This document shows positions 1 to 9,300 of a stretch of 32,000 bases of DNA, one piece after another. How positions within the stretch are numbered: the first letter of the stretch is position 1; every line of letters begins with the position of its first letter. A program made the position numbers and the translations under genes. The stretch is from Mycobacterium tuberculosis H37Rv (lineage in GTDB: Bacteria; Actinomycetota; Actinomycetes; Mycobacteriales; Mycobacteriaceae). The notes under the pieces are model-generated. The model did no database searches and was not told the origin of the DNA. It was given only the letters and a program-made list of their open reading frames with translations. The stretch lies in assembly GCF_000195955.2 (NCBI RefSeq), contig NC_000962.3, positions 3,270,001-3,302,000 on the forward strand, given 5' to 3'.

Positions 1-1
1 G

Positions 2-2203
2 TCCCGTCAACAGCTACGTCCTCCGCGCACACCGCTGCTGAGCAACCTCACCGGTAGCTGGATGTCCGACCAGCAAGTAGTCGATCCGGCCAGCTGGACG
101 CGTCAAATCAGCTCCCCCATCAGGTTCGCCGACGAGCTGGACGTGGTGCTGGCAGCTCCAAGTCGAATCCTGGTCGAGGTTGGTCCGGGCGGCAGCCTGA
201 CCGGTTCGGCTATGCGCCACCCGAAGTGGTCGACCACGCACCGCACCGTTCGGCTTATGCGCCACCCACTGCAAGACGTCGACGACCGCGACACTTTTCT
301 GCGCGCGCTGGGCGAACTCTGGTCTGCCGGAGTCGAGGTCGACTGGACGCCGCGGCGTCCGGCGGTGCCGCACCTCGTTTCCCTGCCGGGTTATCCATTT
401 GCCCGTCAACGGCATTGGGTCGAACCTAACCACACGGTTTGGGCGCAGGCTCCCGGCGCAAACAACGGCTCACCGGCCGGCACTGCGGATGGTTCCACGG
501 CCGCCACCGTCGATGCAGCCCGCAACGGAGAGTCGCAGACCGAGGTTACGCTGCAACGCATCTGGTCACAGTGCCTCGGCGTCAGCTCGGTCGATCGGAA
601 CGCCAATTTCTTCGACCTCGGCGGCGATTCTTTGATGGCGATCAGCATCGCGATGGCCGCCGCCAACGAGGGTCTGACCATCACGCCGCAGGATCTCTAC
701 GAATACCCGACCCTGGCCTCGCTGACGGCCGCCGTCGACGCGTCGTTCGCGTCCAGCGGGTTGGCGAAGCCCCCGGAGGCACAAGCGAACCCGGCGGTTC
801 CACCCAACGTCACGTACTTCCTCGACCGCGGATTGCGCGACACCGGCCGCTGTCGTGTCCCGCTGATCCTGCGCCTGGATCCCAAGATCGGGCTACCGGA
901 TATTCGAGCGGTGCTGACCGCAGTGGTCAACCACCACGACGCATTGCGCCTGCACCTGGTCGGCAACGATGGGATATGGGAGCAGCACATCGCGGCACCC
1001 GCAGAATTCACCGGGCTTTCCAACCGGTCGGTGCCCAACGGCGTGGCTGCAGGCAGCCCCGAGGAACGGGCCGCGGTCTTGGGCATCCTGGCCGAACTCC
1101 TTGAGGATCAAACGGATCCGAACGCGCCGCTGGCTGCCGTTCATATCGCCGCCGCGCACGGCGGTCCGCACTATCTGTGCCTTGCCATACATGCGATGGT
1201 CACCGACGACTCATCGCGCCAGATCCTGGCGACCGACATCGTCACCGCGTTTGGACAACGGCTGGCAGGCGAGGAGATCACGCTGGAACCGGTCAGCACG
1301 GGGTGGCGGGAATGGTCACTGCGTTGCGCGGCCCTCGCGACGCATCCGGCGGCGCTGGACACTCGCTCGTACTGGATCGAGAATTCGACCAAGGCGACTT
1401 TGTGGCTGGCCGATGCCCTTCCCAACGCGCATACCGCCCATCCGCCCCGCGCCGACGAGCTCACCAAGTTGTCGAGCACGCTAAGCGTCGAGCAGACATC
1501 CGAGCTGGACGACGGCCGGCGCAGGTTCCGCCGGTCGATTCAGACGATCCTGCTGGCCGCCCTCGGCCGCACAATAGCTCAGACGGTAGGTGAGGGTGTG
1601 GTCGCCGTGGAGCTCGAAGGCGAGGGCCGCTCGGTGCTGCGGCCGGATGTCGACCTGCGCAGAACGGTCGGCTGGTTCACGACGTACTACCCGGTACCGC
1701 TGGCATGCGCAACAGGGCTGGGCGCGCTTGCGCAGCTGGACGCGGTGCACAACACTCTTAAGTCCGTTCCGCACTACGGAATTGGATACGGGCTGCTGCG
1801 CTACGTTTACGCCCCGACCGGACGTGTCCTGGGCGCTCAGCGCACACCCGACATTCACTTCCGGTATGCGGGCGTGATCCCCGAGCTACCGTCCGGCGAT
1901 GCTCCAGTACAGTTCGACTCGGACATGACGCTTCCGGTGCGCGAACCGATCCCAGGGATGGGCCACGCCATCGAACTTCGGGTGTATCGGTTTGGTGGCT
2001 CACTGCATCTCGATTGGTGGTACGACACCCGCCGGATCCCGGCGGCAACGGCAGAAGCGCTGGAGCGGACCTTCCCGCTGGCCCTCAGCGCGCTGATCCA
2101 GGAGGCCATCGCGGCCGAGCACACAGAGCACGACGACAGCGAGATAGTCGGGGAACCCGAGGCGGGCGCTCTGGTGGACCTGTCGAGCATGGATGCCGGC
2201 TGA
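2..2203 (+). CDS. ppsE: Phenolphthiocerol/phthiocerol type I polyketide synthase PpsE, C-terminal part (5' truncated by window edge): end of AT domain, acyl carrier domain, condensation-like C-terminal domain
   Basis: Frame is open from base 2 through the supplied ORF start at 62. AT-end motifs 'ILVEVGPGGSLTG' and 'HLVSLPGYPFARQRHW', carrier motif 'FFDLGGDSLMAISIA', then about 450 aa of condensation-like sequence. It directly precedes drrABC and papA5, as in the PDIM locus. Confidence 0.95.
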   Translation, partial: SRQQLRPPRTPLLSNLTGSWMSDQQVVDPASWTRQISSPIRFADELDVVLAAPSRILVEVGPGGSLTGSAMRHPKWSTTHRTVRLMRHPLQDVDDRDTFLRALGELWSAGVEVDWTPRRPAVPHLVSLPGYPFARQRHWVEPNHTVWAQAPGANNGSPAGTADGSTAATVDAARNGESQTEVTLQRIWSQCLGVSSVDRNANFFDLGGDSLMAISIAMAAANEGLTITPQDLYEYPTLASLTAAVDASFASSGLAKPPEAQANPAVPPNVTYFLDRGLRDTGRCRVPLILRLDPKIGLPDIRAVLTAVVNHHDALRLHLVGNDGIWEQHIAAPAEFTGLSNRSVPNGVAAGSPEERAAVLGILAELLEDQTDPNAPLAAVHIAAAHGGPHYLCLAIHAMVTDDSSRQILATDIVTAFGQRLAGEEITLEPVSTGWREWSLRCAALATHPAALDTRSYWIENSTKATLWLADALPNAHTAHPPRADELTKLSSTLSVEQTSELDDGRRRFRRSIQTILLAALGRTIAQTVGEGVVAVELEGEGRSVLRPDVDLRRTVGWFTTYYPVPLACATGLGALAQLDAVHNTLKSVPHYGIGYGLLRYVYAPTGRVLGAQRTPDIHFRYAGVIPELPSGDAPVQFDSDMTLPVREPIPGMGHAIELRVYRFGGSLHLDWWYDTRRIPAATAEALERTFPLALSALIQEAIAAEHTEHDDSEIVGEPEAGALVDLSSMDAG

Positions 2204-2213
2204 GGAGGATCGG

Positions 2214-3209
2214 ATGCGCAACGACGACATGGCGGTGGTGGTTAACGGGGTTCGCAAGACCTACGGCAAGGGCAAGATTGTGGCCCTCGATGACGTGAGT
2301 TTCAAGGTGCGCCGCGGTGAAGTGATCGGGCTGCTGGGCCCCAACGGGGCCGGCAAGACGACCATGGTGGACATCTTGTCGACGCTGACCCGACCGGATG
2401 CCGGCTCGGCGATCATCGCTGGCTACGATGTTGTTTCCGAACCGGCCGGTGTACGCCGCTCGATCATGGTCACCGGGCAGCAGGTGGCCGTCGACGACGC
2501 GCTTTCCGGTGAGCAGAACCTGGTGTTGTTTGGTCGTCTGTGGGGACTGAGCAAGTCCGCGGCGCGCAAACGCGCCGCCGAACTGCTCGAGCAATTCAGC
2601 CTCGTACATGCCGGAAAGAGGCGGGTGGGCACCTACTCCGGCGGAATGCGCCGACGAATAGACATCGCGTGCGGATTGGTGGTCCAACCCCAGGTGGCGT
2701 TCTTAGACGAGCCCACCACCGGGCTCGATCCCAGGAGCCGGCAAGCTATTTGGGATCTGGTGGCCAGCTTCAAGAAGCTGGGCATTGCCACGTTGTTGAC
2801 CACGCAGTATCTCGAGGAGGCGGATGCGCTCAGTGACCGCATCATCCTGATCGATCACGGCATAATCATCGCCGAAGGCACCGCGAATGAACTCAAGCAC
2901 CGCGCCGGCGACACCTTCTGCGAAATAGTGCCCCGCGATCTGAAGGATCTGGACGCTATCGTCGCGGCGCTCGGTTCGCTGTTGCCCGAGCACCACAGGG
3001 CGATGCTGACGCCCGACTCAGACCGCATTACGATGCCGGCGCCTGACGGCATACGTATGCTCGTCGAGGCAGCGCGCCGGATCGACGAGGCGAGGATCGA
3101 GCTAGCCGATATTGCGCTGCGCCGACCGTCACTCGATCACGTATTCCTGGCCATGACGACCGATCCCACCGAGTCTCTGACCCATCTGGTGTCGGGGTCC
3201 GCGCGATGA
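2214..3209 (+). CDS. drrA: Daunorubicin-DIM transport ATP-binding protein (ABC ATPase)
   Basis: ATG at 2214 preceded by GAGGAGG. Walker A 'GLLGPNGAGKTTMV', signature 'YSGGMRRRIDIA', Walker B 'VAFLDEPTTGLDP'. Confidence 0.95.
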   Translation: MRNDDMAVVVNGVRKTYGKGKIVALDDVSFKVRRGEVIGLLGPNGAGKTTMVDILSTLTRPDAGSAIIAGYDVVSEPAGVRRSIMVTGQQVAVDDALSGEQNLVLFGRLWGLSKSAARKRAAELLEQFSLVHAGKRRVGTYSGGMRRRIDIACGLVVQPQVAFLDEPTTGLDPRSRQAIWDLVASFKKLGIATLLTTQYLEEADALSDRIILIDHGIIIAEGTANELKHRAGDTFCEIVPRDLKDLDAIVAALGSLLPEHHRAMLTPDSDRITMPAPDGIRMLVEAARRIDEARIELADIALRRPSLDHVFLAMTTDPTESLTHLVSGSAR

Positions 3210-4075
3210 GCGGCCCGGCCATAGATGCGAGCCCCGCCCTGACCTTCAACCAGTCAAGCGCGAGCATTCAGCAGCGACGCTTATCGACCGGGCGACAGAT
3301 GTGGGTGCTCTATCGGCGTTTCGCCGCGCCGAGCCTACTCAACGGTGAAGTACTCACCACGGTGGGCGCGCCGATAATTTTCATGGTGGGCTTCTATATC
3401 CCGTTCGCCATACCGTGGAACCAATTTGTGGGTGGCGCCAGCTCGGGCGTCGCCAGCAACTTAGGGCAATACATCACGCCGTTGGTCACACTGCAGGCGG
3501 TCTCGTTCGCCGCGATCGGGTCGGGCTTTCGAGCCGCGACCGATTCGCTGCTAGGCGTCAATCGTCGGTTTCAGTCCATGCCGATGGCCCCGTTGACGCC
3601 ACTGCTTGCCCGCGTGTGGGTGGCTGTGGACCGATGCTTCACGGGTTTGGTGATATCGCTAGTTTGCGGCTACGTCATCGGATTCCGTTTTCATCGCGGG
3701 GCCCTCTATATCGTCGGTTTTTGCCTACTGGTTATCGCGATCGGGGCTGTGCTGTCATTCGCCGCTGACCTGGTTGGCACCGTTACCAGGAACCCAGACG
3801 CGATGCTGCCGCTGCTGAGCTTGCCCATTTTGATCTTCGGACTGCTGTCCATTGGTCTCATGCCGTTAAAGCTGTTTCCGCACTGGATCCATCCATTTGT
3901 TCGCAACCAGCCGATCTCCCAGTTCGTCGCGGCGCTGCGGGCATTGGCCGGAGATACCACCAAGACAGCCTCACAGGTGAGTTGGCCTGTGATGGCTCCG
4001 ACGTTGACGTGGTTGTTCGCTTTCGTGGTGATCCTGGCGCTTTCATCCACCATTGTTTTGGCTAGGCGGCCATGA
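3206..4075 (+). CDS. drrB: DIM ABC transporter permease (ABC-2 type)
   Basis: Start overlaps the drrA stop by 4 nt (ATGA). Multiple hydrophobic membrane segments, located between drrA and drrC. Confidence 0.92.
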   Translation: MSGPAIDASPALTFNQSSASIQQRRLSTGRQMWVLYRRFAAPSLLNGEVLTTVGAPIIFMVGFYIPFAIPWNQFVGGASSGVASNLGQYITPLVTLQAVSFAAIGSGFRAATDSLLGVNRRFQSMPMAPLTPLLARVWVAVDRCFTGLVISLVCGYVIGFRFHRGALYIVGFCLLVIAIGAVLSFAADLVGTVTRNPDAMLPLLSLPILIFGLLSIGLMPLKLFPHWIHPFVRNQPISQFVAALRALAGDTTKTASQVSWPVMAPTLTWLFAFVVILALSSTIVLARRP

Positions 4076-4902
4076 TCACGACGACAAGTCAGGAAATCGA
4101 GCTTGCACCCACACGTTTGCCAGGCTCGCAAAACGCTGCTCGGCTGTTCGTTGCGCAGACCCTTTTGCAGACCAACCGGTTGCTAACTCGATGGGCACGT
4201 GACTATATCACCGTTATCGGAGCGATCGTGTTACCGATTCTCTTCATGGTGGTGTTGAACATTGTGCTAGGTAACCTAGCTTATGTCGTAACCCACGACA
4301 GCGGGCTCTACAGCATTGTTCCGCTGATCGCACTCGGCGCCGCGATCACTGGGTCAACTTTTGTCGCGATCGACCTGATGCGCGAGCGCTCCTTCGGACT
4401 GCTTGCCCGACTGTGGGTGCTGCCCGTGCACCGAGCATCGGGCCTGATCTCTCGAATCCTGGCAAACGCGATTCGGACTCTGGTCACCACTTTAGTGATG
4501 CTAGGTACTGGGGTGGTATTGGGTTTCCGGTTTCGACAAGGCCTGATCCCGAGCCTCATGTGGATTAGTGTCCCGGTGATACTGGGCATCGCAATCGCGG
4601 CTATGGTCACTACCGTCGCGCTTTACACAGCACAAACCGTTGTTGTCGAAGGCGTTGAGCTGGTGCAAGCAATCGCGATCTTCTTCTCCACGGGTTTGGT
4701 GCCGCTCAACTCGTATCCAGGCTGGATTCAGCCGTTCGTCGCCCATCAGCCGGTGAGCTACGCCATCGCGGCGATGCGCGGTTTTGCAATGGGTGGTCCG
4801 GTCCTCTCTCCGATGATCGGGATGCTGGTGTGGACCGCGGGTATCTGCGTCGTATGCGCCGTACCCTTGGCCATTGGCTACCGACGGGCCAGCACGCATT
4901 GA
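4072..4902 (+). CDS. drrC: DIM ABC transporter permease (ABC-2 type)
   Basis: Start overlaps the drrB stop by 4 nt (ATGA). Six or so hydrophobic segments; third gene of the drrABC set. Confidence 0.92.
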   Translation: MITTTSQEIELAPTRLPGSQNAARLFVAQTLLQTNRLLTRWARDYITVIGAIVLPILFMVVLNIVLGNLAYVVTHDSGLYSIVPLIALGAAITGSTFVAIDLMRERSFGLLARLWVLPVHRASGLISRILANAIRTLVTTLVMLGTGVVLGFRFRQGLIPSLMWISVPVILGIAIAAMVTTVALYTAQTVVVEGVELVQAIAIFFSTGLVPLNSYPGWIQPFVAHQPVSYAIAAMRGFAMGGPVLSPMIGMLVWTAGICVVCAVPLAIGYRRASTH

Positions 4903-4948
4903 CCAGCACCGCTGGCCCGGGATGCCGTGACGAGTTGGGAGTGTTGAG

Positions 4949-6217
4949 ATGTTTCCCGGATCTGTGATCCGAAAGCTGTCGCACAGCGAGGAAGTCTTCG
5001 CGCAGTACGAGGTTTTTACTTCCATGACAATCCAGCTGCGCGGTGTTATCGATGTCGATGCGCTGTCGGATGCCTTCGACGCCCTCTTGGAAACCCACCC
5101 AGTCCTGGCCAGCCACCTTGAGCAAAGCTCCGACGGCGGTTGGAATCTCGTTGCCGACGACCTGCTGCACTCTGGAATCTGTGTCATCGACGGCACGGCC
5201 GCCACCAACGGGTCACCGTCGGGAAACGCCGAACTACGGCTCGACCAGAGCGTGTCCCTATTGCATCTGCAGCTGATCCTCCGCGAAGGAGGAGCCGAGC
5301 TGACGCTATACCTCCATCACTGCATGGCCGATGGTCATCACGGGGCCGTTCTCGTCGACGAGCTGTTCTCCCGCTACACCGACGCGGTCACTACCGGTGA
5401 CCCCGGCCCGATAACCCCGCAGCCCACGCCGCTGTCAATGGAGGCTGTGCTGGCACAGCGGGGTATCAGGAAGCAAGGGCTTTCGGGAGCTGAACGTTTT
5501 ATGTCGGTGATGTATGCCTATGAGATCCCTGCCACCGAGACGCCGGCGGTCCTCGCGCATCCTGGGCTGCCCCAAGCTGTTCCGGTCACCCGACTCTGGC
5601 TTTCCAAGCAGCAGACATCGGACCTCATGGCGTTCGGCCGCGAGCATCGCCTCAGCCTTAACGCCGTGGTCGCGGCAGCCATCCTGCTGACCGAGTGGCA
5701 GCTGCGCAACACCCCGCACGTCCCGATTCCCTACGTTTACCCCGTCGACCTGCGATTTGTTCTAGCTCCCCCAGTGGCCCCGACAGAAGCTACCAATCTC
5801 CTCGGGGCGGCGTCTTACCTCGCTGAGATCGGGCCGAATACCGACATCGTGGATCTGGCAAGCGATATCGTTGCCACACTTCGGGCTGACTTGGCCAATG
5901 GTGTGATTCAGCAGTCGGGGCTCCACTTCGGCACGGCATTCGAAGGAACTCCTCCCGGCCTACCACCACTTGTCTTCTGCACTGACGCCACTTCATTTCC
6001 CACCATGCGCACACCGCCGGGCCTGGAGATCGAAGACATTAAGGGCCAATTCTATTGTTCGATCAGCGTCCCCCTCGATCTGTACTCGTGTGCCGTTTAC
6101 GCAGGACAACTGATCATCGAGCATCATGGGCACATCGCGGAACCGGGGAAGTCCCTCGAGGCGATACGTTCACTGCTGTGCACCGTTCCCTCGGAGTATG
6201 GCTGGATCATGGAGTGA
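4949..6217 (+). CDS. papA5: Polyketide-associated acyltransferase PapA5 (phthiocerol/phthiodiolone dimycocerosyl transferase)
   Basis: 422 aa with intact catalytic motif HHxxxDG ('LYLHHCMADGHHG'). Sits between drrC and mas. Confidence 0.95.
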   Translation: MFPGSVIRKLSHSEEVFAQYEVFTSMTIQLRGVIDVDALSDAFDALLETHPVLASHLEQSSDGGWNLVADDLLHSGICVIDGTAATNGSPSGNAELRLDQSVSLLHLQLILREGGAELTLYLHHCMADGHHGAVLVDELFSRYTDAVTTGDPGPITPQPTPLSMEAVLAQRGIRKQGLSGAERFMSVMYAYEIPATETPAVLAHPGLPQAVPVTRLWLSKQQTSDLMAFGREHRLSLNAVVAAAILLTEWQLRNTPHVPIPYVYPVDLRFVLAPPVAPTEATNLLGAASYLAEIGPNTDIVDLASDIVATLRADLANGVIQQSGLHFGTAFEGTPPGLPPLVFCTDATSFPTMRTPPGLEIEDIKGQFYCSISVPLDLYSCAVYAGQLIIEHHGHIAEPGKSLEAIRSLLCTVPSEYGWIME

Positions 6218-6228
6218 CCTAACGAACC

Positions 6229-6245
6229 AGCCCGCCGATCGGGCT
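6229..6245 (+). terminator. Candidate intrinsic terminator-like hairpin downstream of papA5
   Basis: AGCCCG-CCGAT-CGGGCT: 6-bp perfect stem with a 5-nt loop, starting 12 nt after the papA5 stop in the papA5/mas convergent gap. No clear U-tract. Confidence 0.4.
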
Positions 6246-6379
6246 TCGGCCAGATCACGCACTCGCGTCCCGAACCGATCATCATATCCGCCCCAGCTGC
6301 GGTCGCGGCTGACAAGCCTTACCCCGCAGCTCACCTCATGATCTCACCACGAGGCTTGCGGCACAACAGAATTCGACCG

Positions 6380-9300
6380 CTATGATGCCGCCGGTGCCGC
6401 CGCCTGCTCCTCGGCCAGCGTGTCCGCCAAGTACTGGGCCAAAGCGCGGGCGGTGTTGTTTGTGGCGATGACCTTGGGGGTCAGGCGTATCCCGGTCTCG
6501 GTTTCAACGTGGGTACGCATCTCGAGCATGCCCAGCGAATCCAGGCCGTACTCGATGAATGAGCGGTCAGCGTCGATCGTGCGACGCAGGATCACACTGG
6601 CCTGCTCAACCAGCAGACGCCGTAGCCGGCCGGCCCATTCATCTTGCGGCAGCGAAAGGAGCTCCATGCGGAATTTGCTTGGGCCCCTTGACCGCTGCCC
6701 AGTGGATGCGAACATTTCACCCCACGGGCTGCGTCGGACAAGGTCGGCCAGCCATGGCGCCCCGAGGATCGGAATGTAACCGCTGTAGGCGCGGTCGTGG
6801 CGCACGAGCGTCTCGAAGGCATACGCACCTTCCTCCGGGGTGATCATGATTTCGCCCCCCTCGGCCAAGAACGTGGCGCGGCCGACCTCGCCCCACGCAC
6901 CCCACGCAATCGCGCTGACCGGCAGGCCCTGGGCGCGGCGCCAGTGCGCGAAGACGTCGACCCAGCTGTTGGCCGCCGCGTAGGCGCCCTGACCCGGCGA
7001 GCCGAGCAATGCCGCTCCCGAGGAGAACAAGCAGAACCAGTCCAGCGGCTGACCGAGGGTGGCGCGGTGTAGGTTCCAGGATCCGAACACCTTGGGCGAC
7101 CAGTCGCGATCGATGAGCTCATCGGTGATGTTGGTCAGCGTGGCATCCTCGACCACCGCCGCCGAGTGCAGCACACCGCGCAGCGGAAGCCCGGTAGCGG
7201 TCGCCGCACTCACCAGCCGGTCCGCCGTGTCGGGTTCGGCGATGTTGCCACACTCCACCACGATGTCGGCCCCAGCCGCGCGCAGGCCTTCGATGGTCTG
7301 CCGCGCTTTGGGGTTGGGCTGGGAACGTGCGGTCAGCACGATCCGGCCACAGCCCGCCGCGGCCAGCTTCGAGGCGAAGAACAGGCCGAGGCCACCCAGG
7401 CCGCCGGTGATGATGTAGGAGCCGTCGCGGCGGTACAGCGGAGCTTGCTCCGGGGTGACCGCCACGCTTCTACGGCCGCTACGCGGTACGTCGAGCACGA
7501 GTTTGCCGGTGTGCTCGGCGTTGCTCATTGCCCGGATGGCGTCGGCCGCCTCGGCCAACGGGTAATGAGTGCATTGCGGTGCGGTCAGCACCCCGTCTGC
7601 GGTGAGCTTGAACACCGTGGCCAGCAACTCACGGACCCGGTCGGGCTGGGTGACCGACATCAGCGCGAGGTCCAAGTAGTAGAAGGTCAGTCCGCGACGG
7701 AACGGGAACAGCCCCAGCCGGGTGTTGCCGTAAACGTCGGCCTTGCCGATTTCGACGAAGCGTCCGCCGAAGGCCAACAACTCCAGCCCCGCACGTTGGG
7801 CGGCGCCGGTCAGCGAGTTCAGCACGATATCCACGCCGTACCCGTCGGTGTCGCGCCGGATCTGCTCGGCGAACTCGACGCTGCGCGAATCGTAGACATG
7901 CTCGACGCCCATGTCGCGCAGCATGGCTCGCTTCGCGGGATTGCCGGCGGTCGCGAAAATCTCCGCTCCCTTGGCGCGGGCAATCGATATGGCCGCCTGC
8001 CCCACACCGCCGGTGGCGGAGTGAATCAACACTTTGTCACCGGCCTTGATCTGAGCCAGGTCGTTGAGCCCATACCAGGCGGTGGCATGCGCGGTGGCCG
8101 CCGTGATCGCCTGCTCATCGGTCAAGCCGGGCGGCAGCGTGACCGCGAGGTTGGCGTCACAGGTGAGGAACGTCCGCCAACAGCCACCTTCGGAGAAACC
8201 GCCAACACGATCACCGACCTGGTGACCGGTGACACCTTCCCCGACCGCAGTCACCACACCGACGAAATCCATACCCAACTGCGGCTCGCGGTCATCGATA
8301 ATGGGGAATCGTCCAAACGCGATCAAAACGTCGGCGAAGTTGATGCTGGACATGCTGACCGCGACTTCGATTTGCCCGGGGCCGGGCGGAACTCGGTCAC
8401 TCGCAACGAATTCCAACGTTTGCAAGTCTCCCGGCCTGCGGACCTGCACCCGCATACCGTCGTGGTCGGGATCCAAGACCGCGGTGCGCCGCTCTTCATG
8501 GCCCAGCGGACTGGGGGTCAAGCGGGCCACATACCAGTCGCCATTCCGCCAGGCCGTCTCGTCCTCTTCCGATCCGCTCAGCAGCTGCTGGGCCACCCGC
8601 TCAACGTCCGTGTGTTCGTCCACATCGATCAAGGTGGTGCGCAGCATCGGATGTTCACTGCTGATCACCCGTAGCAGACCACGCAGGCCGGCCTGCTCCA
8701 GGTTGGCTCTTTCTCCCGAGTCGTGCGGCTTCACTATCTGGGCTTGTCTGGTCACCACGAACAAGCGCGGCAGCTCGCCCTCGAATTCAGCCAGTTCCCG
8801 GGTGATCCGAACCAGGTGACGGACCTGTTCACGACCGGCCAGCAGACTGTGCTCATCGGGGTCGCCGACGCGAGGCCCATACACGATCACCACACCATCG
8901 CGGCCACGCAGCTGGCTGCCCAGCTTTTCGAGGCCAGCTTGATCGTTGGGCGGGGTGTCCTGGACCGACCAGGACAGGCTGGCGCATTCGGTGCCTTGGG
9001 GGCCGTGGGACTTCAGCGCGTCCGTCAACGTGGAAGCCAACATGTCGGGGGTGTCGACGGCGTTGGAAGTGTCGATCAATAGCCACGATCCAGCCTCGCC
9101 GTCGCCAACCTCGGGCAGCGCTCGCTGCTGCCATCCGAGGGTCAGTAGCCGCTCGCTGACTAGGCGGTCACGCTCGTCGCGTTCGGAGGTCCCGGTTCCC
9201 ATGCGTAGCCCACGCACGGCCAACAGGACGGTCCCGTGCTCGTCCAGCACGTCGAGGTCGGCCTCACCACCTCGGGTCCCGTCGTTGAAGGCCTTGGTCA

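Noticed and set aside
439-1593. Alternative plus-strand ORFs (439-1104, 1177-1593) inside ppsE
   Set aside because: They are out of frame with the conserved carrier/condensation sequence, arginine-rich, and have no motifs.
7166-8674. 502-aa plus-strand ORF antisense to mas
   Set aside because: Low-complexity H/R/Q/G-rich translation without recognisable motifs, opposite the intact mas ER/KR coding region. Treated as a GC-driven shadow ORF.
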